NCBI GenBank assembly: GCA_951406725.2
Contig: OX597824.1
Location: 7,626,001 to 7,690,000 of the forward strand
Length of the DNA: 64,000 nt
Reading direction: 5' to 3'
Source: Octopus vulgaris
Lineage: Eukaryota
Under the pieces are notes generated by a model that was given only the letters and a program-made list of their open reading frames with translations, had not been told where the DNA came from and did not search any database. Below, piece after piece: positions 39,521 through 54,904 of this stretch (its first letter is position 1; every line of letters begins with the position of its first letter). Made by a program: the position numbers and the translations under genes.

Positions 39521-40624
39521 TTGTAATCACTCGTCTTCGTCTGTTAGTCCGTGTGTTTGCAAAATTACTGGAAAACGGCTGAACAGATTTTCACCAAATT
39601 TGGCAAAAATACTCATTGGGTGAGTGGCTGAAAATGATGAAAATTTGGTTTGATTATCTTTAAACATAGATAAATACACATATAGATATGCGACTGTGTG
39701 TTTGATTGCTTGTGATGATTTTGAGGGTTTCGTTTATTTTCGAGTTGATTTCTTAATTTCACCGGAGTACAAAAACTTATAATAGTGATACTTAAAACAA
39801 GAATTAGCTGCGCGCAGGGTATGCATCACACTTCAGATGCTTTTTTTTCATTAATTATTTCCTTATATTTTACTTGTTACTGTCTTTAGACTGCGGCCAT
39901 GCTGTAGCATCGCCTTGAAAAGTTTGGCCGAAGAACTCGACCTCAGTACCAAATTTTTTTTTAGTTTGATAATCTATCGTTTTTTTTGTCGATCCGCTGT
40001 TTCTCGGAGACATAAACAAACTAACGCTGGTTGTCAAATGGTGGTGATGGACAAACACAGACACAATAAATATATACATACCATACATAAATATACACAC
40101 ACACATGCGCGCGACGAGCTTTTTCCATCACCTTCCGTCCACCAAATCCAATCATAAGATTGTATACAGCAGAGAAACAATTGCAGACGACACTTGCCCA
40201 AGCTGCCGTGCCGTGGGACTGAACCCAAAGCTATATGGTTGGGAAGTAAGCTTCTTAACCACACAGCCACGCCTCCGCTTAATTAATTACCAATTAATTA
40301 ATTAGTTAACTAACTAATTAATTAATTAATTAACTAACTGACTTAGTTAATTTTAATTACTTTATTACGTATGACAAGCATCAAAACGACCGCTCTTGTT
40401 ATTACACGAAACTTAAAACAATGAAAATCATTCTGTCTCGACCAGACGATAATAAATTAATTTTGCAGCCATTTTCAAATCTGTCTGACATTTCGTCCGT
40501 TGCTTTGAGGCTTCGAGAGCAAATGCTGAGCAATTAGCACACATCCTGCAATTCGATGGATACATATAGTTCCTGTTACAATTTCATACTTGGCTCAGTG
40601 CTAACCGCTAACGCCGCAGTCACC

Positions 40625-40656
<32 letters not shown>

Positions 40657-40899
40657 AAACAACAACACAAGCAGCACTAATACCACCACCAACATCACCG
40701 CCGTCACCAGTACCACCACTATCATTACACAAAAAACAAATTTGAAGCCATGTCACAGATTACGCTCTCACCCTCACAAGCACAAACACACGGACACACA
40801 CACACGGACACACACACACACACGTAGTCGCACGCACAGATACGAGATACATGAAAACTAGCGCGTATGCGTGCATATGTACTCTATATAAATATATGA

Positions 40900-43000
<2,101 letters not shown>

Positions 43001-43232
43001 TGTGTATGTCTGTGTTTGTTGTGTGTATACCTGTGTGTGTGTGTACTCGTACGAAAGACACGGTTTTGTGTGCCCCACCGTCCCCATTTTGCATCCACTT
43101 TGTTCTTCTGCTCGTGGGAACTAAGGTGCTTCATATCTACACCGATGGAAATTAGCCTGGATACGTTGCTACAAACGAAGTTGGAAGGAATTAATTGTTT
43201 TAAATGAGGTACAAAGGTCTGATACGTAGAAT

Positions 43233-43322
<90 letters not shown>

Positions 43323-43459
43323 CTTCCAAAACAGCAAAATGTAGTGTTGTTTACAATATGAAACTCAAGATGTTCTCCATATATGCACACACAACTGTAT
43401 ATATGCATATGTATAAGTATACACGCGCACAAACACACACACACACACACACACATATC

Positions 43460-43825
43460 ATCATCATCATTGTTCGACCGTGGTCGAGACAATGGAAGTT
43501 ACCATGCTACGCCAGACTTCACGGTCCATCATGGCATTACGGAGATCCTGTTGCTGGATGCCTGTATTCCCTGGAGATTACATCAGGGTAGGAGAGTATG
43601 CGCCCTCTGGTATTGCGAGTAGATGGCTTCCAGAGGAGAAGAGTAGAAATTACTTCTTTTTCAGCTCTACAACAATGTCCAGCAAACTGGACTCTCCTAC
43701 CTTTCACAAGAGATGACAGAGGTGGTAGTTTCCCATATATTTGCATTTTGGTTGGATGACGCTTCCACGAGAGATTTTGAGCTCTCATAAGGAGGCGAGT
43801 GTAGGTTCCATCCAACCGCCTCTCA
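43460..43825 (-). mobile_element. RTE-like LINE 3' fragment
   Basis: ERRLDGTYTRLLMRAQNLSWKRHPT...RRVQFAGHC.R, followed by a short (GAT)n tail. Confidence 0.75.
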
Positions 43826-44183
43826 TATATATATAATATATATATAAGCACAACCACAAAAATATATACCACAAGCGCAAACACAACACACACACATATT
43901 CTTTTCTTCTCTAGGCACTAGGCCCGAATCTTTTGGGGGAGGGGGCCAGTCGATTAGATTGACCCCAGTACGCAACTGGTACTTAATTTATCGACCCCGG
44001 AAGGATGAAAGGCAAAGTCGACCTCGGTGGATTTTGAACTCAGAACACAAAGACAGACGAAATATCACTAAGCATTTCGCCCTGCATGGTAACGTTTCTG
44101 CTAGCTCACCGCCTTAACACACACACATATTGACTCAAAAATACGGTTCAACGTGTAAATCTATCTACTTGTCTGTATGTCTA

Positions 44184-44276
<93 letters not shown>

Positions 44277-44334
44277 CATGATAGATCGCTAGCCACTACA
44301 CACATTTTCTTCTCTCCTTGTTTTTTCTGTGTCC

Positions 44335-44370
44335 CTTTCTGTGGAAGAGCGTAGGCTCGAAACGTAAAAG
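44335..44370 (+). ncRNA. Minimal hammerhead variant (CTGTGGA core) in a cassette at about 44280-44460
   Basis: cttt-CTGTGGA-a-gagc gtag gctc-GAAA-CG-TA-aaag. Confidence 0.6.
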
Positions 44371-44505
44371 ACTTTTTTCTATTCCTGAGCGTTATACTAC
44401 CACAGCTGTTTGTTTTGTACACCACCTGTCTTTGTCTTTTTTTTTTCGTAAACTTTCCATATATATATATATATATCTGAACGAGGTATAAACAGTAACT
44501 GCACG

Positions 44506-44604
<99 letters not shown>

Positions 44605-44633
44605 TATATATTTATCTAAGCATCCATCTCTCT

Positions 44634-44670
<37 letters not shown>

Positions 44671-44679
44671 ATTTATCCA

Positions 44680-44926
44680 TTGGGTTGGTGCATAATTATT
44701 GCGGTTTTTTTCAACAAATTTTAATCAACAAAAACAATAACACTAGTTAACAAAAACATCTTTAAATGACGGTCTGACCGTCTGCCAAGCAAATGGGAAG
44801 CAGTAATTGAAGTAGATGGTGAATATGCTCCGGAATAATCATTTAAAGATGTTTTTGTTACATGTTATTATTTTTGCTGAATAAAAGTTTTTGAAAATGA
44901 GCCGCAATAATTATGTACCAACCCAA
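44680..44926 (+). mobile_element. Mariner-derived MITE
   Basis: TIRs ttgggttggtgcataattattgcgg and ccgcaataattatgtaccaacccaa+TA. Retains the transposase C-terminus LPSKWEAVIEVDGEY. A lone TIR of the same family lies at about 41362-41410. Confidence 0.85.
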
Positions 44927-45585
44927 TATTTTTCCGTCTGTCTGCCTATTTAAATAAACTTCAACGATTATGAGGGTACGTACACATATACTTACACGCA
45001 TATCTATCAGCGAGACAAGTTGTGTTTCTGCAATCAAGCCGCCTTAGTAAAAAGCTAAACCACGTGTGCCACAGGTAGCTATTGAAGGGCAATCAGTGTA
45101 AATTTATCCGGGTTAAATAATATACTCGTGATAAATCAATCTCGAGACATCAAACATCAAAAGTCGGCAAAGAATCACTTGAATTTCTCACTTACACATT
45201 TAACTGCAATCAACAACCACAACAGCTTGTTGAATTCTCAAGATATTGTTTTTCGAAATACATTACAAACTGCATATCAAGGCTGGATGAAACAGCGGCC
45301 AATGACTTCTCATGCCCTTGACGTCGGCGTCATGCACTGAACTTTTGGGTTCGAGCAGGAGTAATGAGGGAGTATCATAGCCATGTATTAATAGGGATTC
45401 TTTGGGGTTTGAATAAACGTAACAGAAGCAAAGTTTCAAGGAAACATCAGCCATTTTTCATACTTTTTAGGGATAAGCAAATAGGAAATAACAGTTGCTA
45501 TCTAATGTATATCTATATAAATTTTTTTTCAGAATGAGATAAAAATCCAAGGCTGTGAAGATTTTAGAAAATTTATATATAGAAG

Positions 45586-45634
45586 GTCTTACAGCTATTT
45601 TCGGGATATTTTTTTACATCTCTTCATCGGAGAC
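45586..45634 (-). ncRNA. Hammerhead motif related to the 8407/9263/10109 family
   Basis: Reverse complement reads gtct-CCGATGA-agagatgt...atatccc-GAAAA-tagctg-TA-agac, with the shared flank ccaaggctgtga. Confidence 0.58.
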
Positions 45635-45689
45635 GGTGTGAGAAAATGGTTAAGCAATAGTTAATTTAGATAATTTTATCTAAATTAAC

Positions 45690-46925
45690 GCACAGAGGGT
45701 GTGTAGGCTGTTTCAGAACATTATATTTTTTAGTTATTACTGTTTTTTTTAATTAGCATTACGTCATTTATGTTTCAGAAAATGATAGTGGCAGACTCTC
45801 AGCTTACCGAAAAAATGAAAAGACATGCTGTACTTGTGGCCTTAAAGGCTGACCACAGCGATTTAGAGATAGCTCAGTCTTTAAAAGGGTCAAATCTTTC
45901 GTCTACAAAGTTCACAAGAAGTTAGACGCTACAGATAGTAATGTAGCACCAGTATCGAAACGCAAAAAGCATTCTCAACACTCCGATATCACCAAAACAT
46001 ACGAATTTATTCGACAAGTTCAGCAGATCATTGACGGGAATCCCAAAAAAGCCATGAGGTCCATGGTTCAAAGGAAAAATGAAAAATGTTGTCCACAAAG
46101 ACATTCGGCACAAATTTTACGTGATAAGGAGAGGCCAATTCATGTAAAAAAAATCGTTTGTTGAGATCTGAAAGACTATCAAATAAAGTTAAAAACACAG
46201 AACTGACATGATTTGGTTTTTCTAAGATCAAAAAACTTTGACCAGGGTCAGAAGATAAGCAGATAAAAATGACAAATGGTTATGTTCAAGCCCTTTTGAC
46301 GTTCCAAAAGTTATGCACACAAAATTTCCTGTAACTGTCATGGGTTTTTGGAGTTGTCAGCAATGAAGGACATGTGATACTTCCTGACTTCGTTCCACAA
46401 GGCCTTAAAGCTAACACTGCTGGTCACATTCAGGTCCCGGAAGTAGTTGTCAAGTCCTGGATAAATAGATTGCGCAAAGGAAGACCGTACATGTTTCAGC
46501 TGGACTCTGCTTTATTACATAAGACTTAAACAACCCAAGAATAGATGGCTAACAATTTTCATTACTACACAACCCCTAACATTTGGCTTCCAGACTCACC
46601 AGATCCTAATCCATGGACTATTATGTGTGAAGTGTTGTTAAAAGAAGGGTCAATCAACATCCCCTTAAGACCAAGGATTCTTTGAAAGACGCCAGAGTGG
46701 AAGTAATGTCCGATATGAATTAGAAACATTTAATTCGGACTTGCAGACGATTCAGCTCTCGCATAGAAACAGTTATTGACGCTGCAAGTGGCTACATTGA
46801 AATAAAATTATAAAGACAATCTTGTTTATTTGTACAATTTTTTAATTAACAATGTTGTTTTCTTTCGTTATATGTATGTCTCACCTCAAATACAAATTTG
46901 TCCTCGAATACCTTACGCAACTTGT
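45690..46925 (+). mobile_element. Tc1/mariner (probably maT/DD37D-like) transposase pseudogene
   Basis: Frameshifted ORF from 45814 (MKRHAVLVALKA..DLEIA), FQLDSA..H.T and WLPDSPDPNP (WPPxSPDLNP), with multiple stops. Confidence 0.8.
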
Positions 46926-46953
46926 AAATATATATATATAAATATATATACAC

Positions 46954-47045
<92 letters not shown>

Positions 47046-47199
47046 ATACATATATAAGAAGAAAAATAAGCGAAAATGCACATTGGAAATAAAAAGTAAA
47101 GGGTTTTTATGAAAAGTAACGATAGATATACAATTAGATGAACTGAGGTAGAAATAAAAGTAATAGAAGTCATTATTGTGAATTGTTAAAGAGATTTAA

Positions 47200-47235
47200 A
47201 AGCATACCGGTTTCGTAAATTACTAATCATTGCTT
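47200..47235 (-). ncRNA. Degenerate minimal hammerhead motif
   Basis: Reverse complement reads aagca-ATGATTA (two changes from CTGATGA)-gtaa t ttac-GAAA-CCGG-TA-tgctt. Stems are intact. Confidence 0.5.
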
Positions 47236-47450
47236 TGAATGCACACCGATTAATGAGTGGTGTCAGGTCTATTAGACCCCGAGGAAAAAAAATTATATGT
47301 AAGGCAAGTAAGTAGTTCTGGATTTGGTGCAATTAGGGTAGATGTAGATCTGTAATGTGAATGGTGTATGGGATGTATGGGGGTTAGTGGTATTAATTGA
47401 AAGGTTAGTAATGTTCTGTATTATGTTGTGTGTTCATATTGAGTTGAGGA

Positions 47451-47502
<52 letters not shown>

Positions 47503-47626
47503 CCTGATACATTTCCTGCTGTGGACTACACAGCCACAGCAGGAAATGTATCAGGACATCAAATGTACAAGCCGGACCGGACTATTTTATGCGCAACTCC
47601 ATTGTCTCCCGAGACAAAAAGGATGC

Positions 47627-47725
<99 letters not shown>

Positions 47726-47727
47726 TG

Positions 47728-47809
<82 letters not shown>

Positions 47810-48669
47810 AAAGTTTAAAATAACGGACGTTACATATTTTTCTTTTATTGGAGTAAATTTTGCTTACAGTCATTATAGATACGTCACTGATAGGTTTACT
47901 CAATTGGTTTATTGATCAATTGGGGGAAATTGAATAATCTAAGAAAATTAATGTTACTTCCAACAGAGCCATTTGCAGTTATAACAAAGCAGAAAACTGA
48001 AGGAATGGTATGTGCACGGGAATGGAGGAAAAAATGGAAAGATGCAAGTGGAATAGAGACAAAAATAAAATTTTGAAAAGTAGAATAGAGGGGACAGGTT
48101 ACAGAGGGGGGAAGAGAAGCAAGGAAAGAATAGTGGAAGGGGTCATTTAATAGAAGCAGGGGTGTTGTATGACCAAAGTATTCGTGTTTGTCGTGAGGTC
48201 AACACACATTACCGTATTAGCATTGTATATAGGTTTTATATAATTTTCAACAGCTGTGTTGAAATTTGATATAGGCTTTTTATACACACGGTCTCTCAAT
48301 GTATGACTATTGCTAATATTCCTTTATCTTGCAGTATATTTCCTCTGCTAAGCTTAATAGCAAGAATCGTCAAACATTACTGTGTTAGATTACCCCTGAT
48401 GTAAGAAGTCAGCCATTCCGTCGCCTTCTGTTGTGTAACTTGAACGAAATTCATTAAACTGTTACAAAAAAAAGGAAGTGAAGGGAAGAGAGAAAGAGGG
48501 GGAGAGAGAGAGACTGTGACAGAGACAGAGAGAAAGAGGGGGAGAGAGAGACTGTGACAGAGACAGAGAGAAAGAGGGGAAACTAAGAGAGAGAAATGTG
48601 GAGAAAGGTTATGACATAAAAGAGTGAAAAGAAAACGCAAGAATGAGGAAGGAGTAACGATAAACGAGA

Positions 48670-48781
48670 AATAATAATAATAATAATAATAATAATTATA
48701 ATAATAATAATGATGATGATGATGATAGTAATAACAATAATAATAATAAAAGTAATAATAATGATGATGATGATGATGATG

Positions 48782-48812
<31 letters not shown>

Positions 48813-48943
48813 TAATAATAATGATGATGATGATGATGATGATGATGATAATAATAATAATAATAATAATAATAATTATAATAATAATGATGATGATGAT
48901 GATGATAATGATAATAATAATAATAATAATAATTATAATAATA

Positions 48944-48978
<35 letters not shown>

Positions 48979-49051
48979 AATAATAATAATAATAATGATA
49001 ATTATAATAATGATGATGATGATGATGATGATAATAATAATGATGATGAAG

Positions 49052-49085
<34 letters not shown>

Positions 49086-49138
49086 TAATAATGATAATAA
49101 TAATAATAATAATAATAACAACGAAAATAATAATAATG

Positions 49139-49196
<58 letters not shown>

Positions 49197-49226
49197 TAAT
49201 AATAATAATAATGAAAATAAAAATAA

Positions 49227-49306
<80 letters not shown>

Positions 49307-49345
49307 GTAATGACAACAACAGCAACAACAATAATAATAATAAAT
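48670..49345. repeat. Roughly 670-bp compound (AAT)/(GAT) microsatellite
   Basis: Seen directly. Confidence 0.95.
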
Positions 49346-49449
49346 ATAGTTTCTGGTTTAGATTCACAGTGCGAGTTTCTGGGATTAGTGAATGGAAGAG
49401 TGAAAGAGTTAGTGGATGGCTAAGAGAATGAGAGATTGAGATTGAGAAA

Positions 49450-49506
<57 letters not shown>

Positions 49507-49899
49507 CAGACAGACAGAGAGTGAATGTGTGAGTGGAGTAGATAGTGAATTTGTGTAAGGGAAGCAGTTACAGAGAATGTTACAGAATATGCATACATGC
49601 AAGCATACACATATATTTATATAGGTAAGTAGGTAGGTATGTAGGTAGAAAGAGAGAGAGAGAGGGAGAGAGAGAGAAACAGAAACAGAGACAGAGAGAC
49701 AGAGAGAGAGATAGAGAGACAATGAGAGTGAGGAAGTGAGAAAAGAAGAGAAAAAGAAGAGAAAAAGAGAGCTAGGTGGAGGGTGGTAGAAGCAGGAAAC
49801 AAAAACAAAAGTGAAATAAAAACGCAAAAAATCTTTGAAACGATTCAGGGAAAATGTTAGAAAAAGTAATGCACACAACACGCACAGACAGACACATAT

Positions 49900-49964
<65 letters not shown>

Positions 49965-50010
49965 CATACACACAACACACACACAATACACATACATGCA
50001 TACACATTAT

Positions 50011-50053
<43 letters not shown>

Positions 50054-50063
50054 CATATATACT

Positions 50064-50124
<61 letters not shown>

Positions 50125-50300
50125 ATATGTATATATATACACATTTATATGGAGAAGAGGGTAAGGGGGAGAAAATGAGAGTGAGGAGACGGAGAAAATG
50201 AATAAGAGAGAGAGAGAGAGAGAAGGAGAGAGAGAGGGAGAGAGGTAGTTAGAGAGAGAAAAAGACAGAGAGGTAACGATAGATAGATATAGGCAGACAA

Positions 50301-50332
<32 letters not shown>

Positions 50333-50499
50333 TGATGGAAGAGACTGTAAGGCGGTGTGAGATATCTGGTGGCGGTGTTGGGGGAACGAAATGGTACGAT
50401 ATTGCGAACAATGTAAACATCTAGGTTGGGACTGATCTCATTGAAAAAGTTTTGTTTTTCGTGAAGTTTCCCGCCTAAAGAAGGAATTAGTCGTAGTAA

Positions 50500-50781
50500 A
50501 CAGCAGCAACTTCGACAGCACCAGTGACAGCAGCGGAAGAGACAAAAAGCAGTGGTAGCGGCAGCAGCGGTAGTTGTAGTAATAGCAGCAGTGATAACAA
50601 GAACAACAGCATCAGCAACAGCAGCAACGACGACAGAAATAGTAGTGGCAACGACACTGAGAGCAGCAGCAGTAGTAACAGCAGCAACAGCAGCAATTGC
50701 AGCAACGGCAGCAGCAATAAGAACAATTTTTTTAAATTCTGGGGTTTAAAAAAAAAAAAATACCGAAAAAAGCAACAGCAG

Positions 50782-50819
<38 letters not shown>

Positions 50820-50908
50820 ACAACAGCAGCAGCAACAGTTAGAACAACAATAATATTTACAACTTATTTTACAACCGCTGCAGAAGTGTCTGTGACATCA
50901 GATAACAA

Positions 50909-50940
<32 letters not shown>

Positions 50941-51230
50941 GCTGCAGCAGCAGTAGCAGCAGTAGCAGCAGCAGCAACACGGATCCCGGAAACCGGCAAA
51001 CAGCTGCATTTTAGTGAAAACCGAAACATCTAGAACGCCATCATCATCATCATCGTCGTCGTCGTCGTGGACATCTTAAAGAACAGCAGTAAGAACAACG
51101 GCAAAAACCATCACCACCACCACCACCACCACCACCACCACCATCACCACCACCACCACCACAACAACAACAACAGCACCAGAAACGGTAAAGCCAACAG
51201 AATCACTTCCACATCCACCACGACCAGCAC
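50500..51230. repeat. CAG/CAA/CAC-rich low-complexity region upstream of SLC22 gene 2
   Basis: Seen directly. Confidence 0.85.
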
Positions 51231-52105
51231 AATACCTATTTCTTTATTACCCACAAGGGACTAAACATAGAGGGGATAAACAAGGACAGACATAGGTATT
51301 AAGTCAATTACATCGACCCCAGTGCATAACTGGTACTTAATTTATCGACCCCGAAAGGATGAAAGGCAAAGTCGACCTCGGCGGAATTTGAACTACAACA
51401 GTCTGGGCCGGCGTCCTCATCATCATTAATAATAATTATAATTATAATTATAATTATAATCATTATTATTATTAATATTATTAATATTATTAATATTATT
51501 ATTATTAATATTATTATTATTATTTTTATTATCATTATAACAACAAAGCAACAGTCGGTAGTACCATTACCATCACTCCACCGCCACTCTCACCATCACC
51601 ACCACCAGCCACAGCAACAAGAACAACAACAGCAGCGGGAATAACATGTAGAGCCGTGAGAGATGTGGTTTCAATTGCTAAAGTAACAAAATAGGATCTT
51701 AAAAGCCCCGCCCCCTTGAAAACTAAAACTAATAAATAAGAAACGAGCAGCAGGCAGGAACAAGTCCAACGGGTAACAACAACAACAACAACAACAGAGA
51801 CAGCAGAGACAACAACACGAACAGCTACAAGAAAAAAAATATTCTCAATTGCGACATGAACGGCAAAATGGGATCTTAAAAATACCGCCTCCCGCGAAAC
51901 CGAAACTGATAAAAAACAAAAAAAAAGAGAGGATAAATAAACAAATAGAAACGAGAACGAGAGACGAGCAGCACGGAGGAAGGAGTCCAACTGCTGACAG
52001 CACCAGGTAACAACAACAGCAACAACAACAACAGCAAGGATTATAAGAAAATTCGAAACAAAGACACGAGAACTCTTAACGAGACGCACGAACTCTTAAC
52101 GAAAA

Positions 52106-52235
52106 ATGGCCGTGGACGTTGATACCGTGTTGTTGAATCTAAGCGAAAAGGGATTTTTTCAGGTAACGCAGTTCATAGCCGCATGTATATCTATGGTCCC
52201 TGTTGCAGTGAGTTTATTGAAGATAGTCTTTATCG
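52106..52235 (+). CDS. SLC22-family transporter gene 2, first coding exon (N-terminus and TM1)
   Basis: ATG in aaaaATGG context with an in-frame TAA at 52097-52099. MAVDVDTVLLNLSEKGFFQVTQFIAACISMVPVAVSLLKIVFI followed by a phase-1 GTAGGT donor. Resembles the SLC22 D..L..LGEFG.FQ...VF.G N-terminus. No second exon was recognised in the window. Confidence 0.8.
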
Positions 52236-52534
52236 GTAGGTAATAAAATTATTTACAATTTCATTGATTGAAGCTTTCAGGCTGATTGCGATGTTTATCT
52301 GTTTGTGCTTGTTTGTCTTTATATAACGCGGTCTAAATATATTATCACGGTAAACCCCACCTCTCTCTCTTTCTCTTTGTCTTATCTGACAATCAACCGG
52401 AAGTCTCTAGCAACCGGTACTCGTCGCCTCCTCCATAAAAAATAAACAAATAAAAAAAAACGTGTTAATTAGAGACAAGACAATTCGTTCTAATTTGTGT
52501 TAATTAATTGTTATTAGAAGAAAGAAAATTTCTG

Positions 52535-53148
52535 GGATCTTTTCGGTTTGAACGGCAGTTTTTTCTAGCAGTGTCATATGAAATTGTCACCCATAATTAT
52601 GACCCTAGTATCGATCTATTGCATTTCAATCTCTTTTAGGGTTAGTGTTAGTTAGGGTTAGGGTTATGGATGGGGAAGGGTATATTTTTTTCTTCAGAAA
52701 TGTAAATAAACCCAATCTGTTTCTTAAACGAGGGACATATTCATACCGCAGTGTCATATGAAATTGTCACCCATAATTATGACCCTAGTATCGATCTATT
52801 GCATTTCAATCTCTTTTAGGGTTAGTGTTAGTTAGGGTTAGGGTTATGGATGGGGAAGGGTATATTTTTTCTTCAGAAATGTAAATAAACCCAATCTGTT
52901 TCTTAAACGAGGGACATATTCATACCGCACAAAATGTTTTTTTTTACCTCAATAGACGTCAGTGATTGGCTGAAATTGCAGAAATTGAAGAAAAAAAAAC
53001 AACAAATATCTTACAAACTATAGAATTTTCTCAATAAAACCAAGAGAAAAAGATGTTTTATAAACACATTCTACCAGTATACGAAGTTTAAAATTTTTTA
53101 GTTACCTAGAAATTATGTTAAAAACTGCCGTTCAAACCGAAAAGATCC
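52535..53148. mobile_element. Non-autonomous TIR element (29-bp perfect TIRs starting GGATC) with an internal 180-bp tandem duplication and TTAGGG repeats
   Basis: ggatcttttcggtttgaacggcagttttt at 52535-52563 and its reverse complement at 53120-53148. Flanked by identical 55-mers at 52480-52534 and 53149-53203. Confidence 0.85.
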
Positions 53149-53816
53149 ACAATTCGTTCTAATTTGTGTTAATTAATTGTTATTAGAAGAAAGAAAATTT
53201 CTGTGTAAAACGGATTGTTGTACGAAAAAGTATTTTATTTTATGGCATTTATTATATCTGTATTTTATTAGGTTAACAAAACTTGTTCTTCACTTAAATT
53301 ATACTTTTATTTCTTACTATTTCTCTCATTTGTACTATCATTCAGACTATCAATGATAAAACTTATGAATAGATACTATTCTTATGGAAGTGTGTAGGGT
53401 GCTGCGGTGTTTTAAACAGTCATTATCAGATATCCGGAAATTTTAATCATACGGCAGCCATCCGGTATCAATGCTGGATTGGCGGGAATCTTTACGGAAT
53501 TCACAACACCGTCATTTACGGCTTGAATTCGAATCTCATTCATGCACGTTTAATTTTTTATTCATCTTCGGGGTGGAAGATCATAAAGTACTGAGGTTTG
53601 TATAATTAATTACCTGTGTCCTGTCACTTCGCCCTACATTTGAGGCCGTGTGTCTATGGCTTGTGTCTGATGGTAAGAAATTTGCTTCCTAACCACACGG
53701 TTCCGGGTTCAGTCCCACTGCGTGGCATCATGCACAAGTGCCGTCCACCATATCCTCGGGCTGACTAAAGCTTTGAGTGGATTTGGTGGACGAAATTTGA
53801 GAGAAACTCACCGTGC

Positions 53817-53853
<37 letters not shown>

Positions 53854-53939
53854 ATCCAAACAAGAAAGCACAAAAAAACACAACAACGCGAGGACGGGGA
53901 ACAAATATAGTATTATTGGACGCTCAGGAAAGAAGGAGG

Positions 53940-53974
53940 GTTTAACGTTTCGAGCGGAGCTCTTCGTCGGAAAC
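53940..53974 (-). ncRNA. Minimal hammerhead variant (CCGACGA core) in a TA-flanked cassette (about 53850-54047)
   Basis: Reverse complement is identical to 41044-41078, and the surrounding cassettes are highly similar. Confidence 0.68.
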
Positions 53975-54633
53975 ATAGGAGAAGGAAAGATCCAGAGAAG
54001 GGAAGACAGAAAAAAAAATCGCCAACGGTACACACGCGGTCACAGAATATATATATATATATACACAGCGAGCTTCTGCACACGCACGCACGCACGCATG
54101 CACACACACACGCACACACAAACGCATATACACACGACGGACTTGTTTCAGTTTCCGTCTACCAAATCCACTCACAAGGCTTTGGTCGGTCCGAGGCCAT
54201 AATAGAAGGCACTTATCCAAAGTACCACGCAGTATGACTGAACCCGGAACCATGTGTTTTGAGAAGCAGGCTTCTTACCGCACAGCCACACCTGCGCCTG
54301 TGTGTAAAAAGAAAAAAAAGAATACTGCCACGCCCTAAGACACCACGAGGTGGAATCGAACGCGAGACCTCATGCTGGTTAATCACTTAGCCATCATCGA
54401 TTTCATGTACACAGGCACAGACGTATACAAGCACTTTCGCATAGGCACACACAATAGAGACACACCCATACCCACACAATATTCGCGACCGGTTCAAAGT
54501 ACGTATTATAGACGGCGATTTTCACCACGTGTTTTAACAATTGATAACCGTTGCCAAGCAACTTAAATCTGCAAAATTTATATACATATATAATGTTCCT
54601 GACTTATTGTGTAGTATGTATATATATATATAT

Positions 54634-54734
<101 letters not shown>

Positions 54735-54828
54735 TATATGTATATATGTATATATATATGTATATATGTATATATGTATATATGTATATATGTATATATA
54801 TGTATATATGTATATATATATATATGTA

Positions 54829-54904
<76 letters not shown>

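Noticed and set aside
50524-51264. Poly-Q, poly-S/N and poly-H ORFs
   Set aside because: Trinucleotide low-complexity sequence. An in-frame stop precedes the SLC22 ATG and no domain is recognisable.
52635-52850. TTAGGG repeats as an interstitial telomere or fusion scar
   Set aside because: Only a few degenerate units, located inside a TIR-bounded element.
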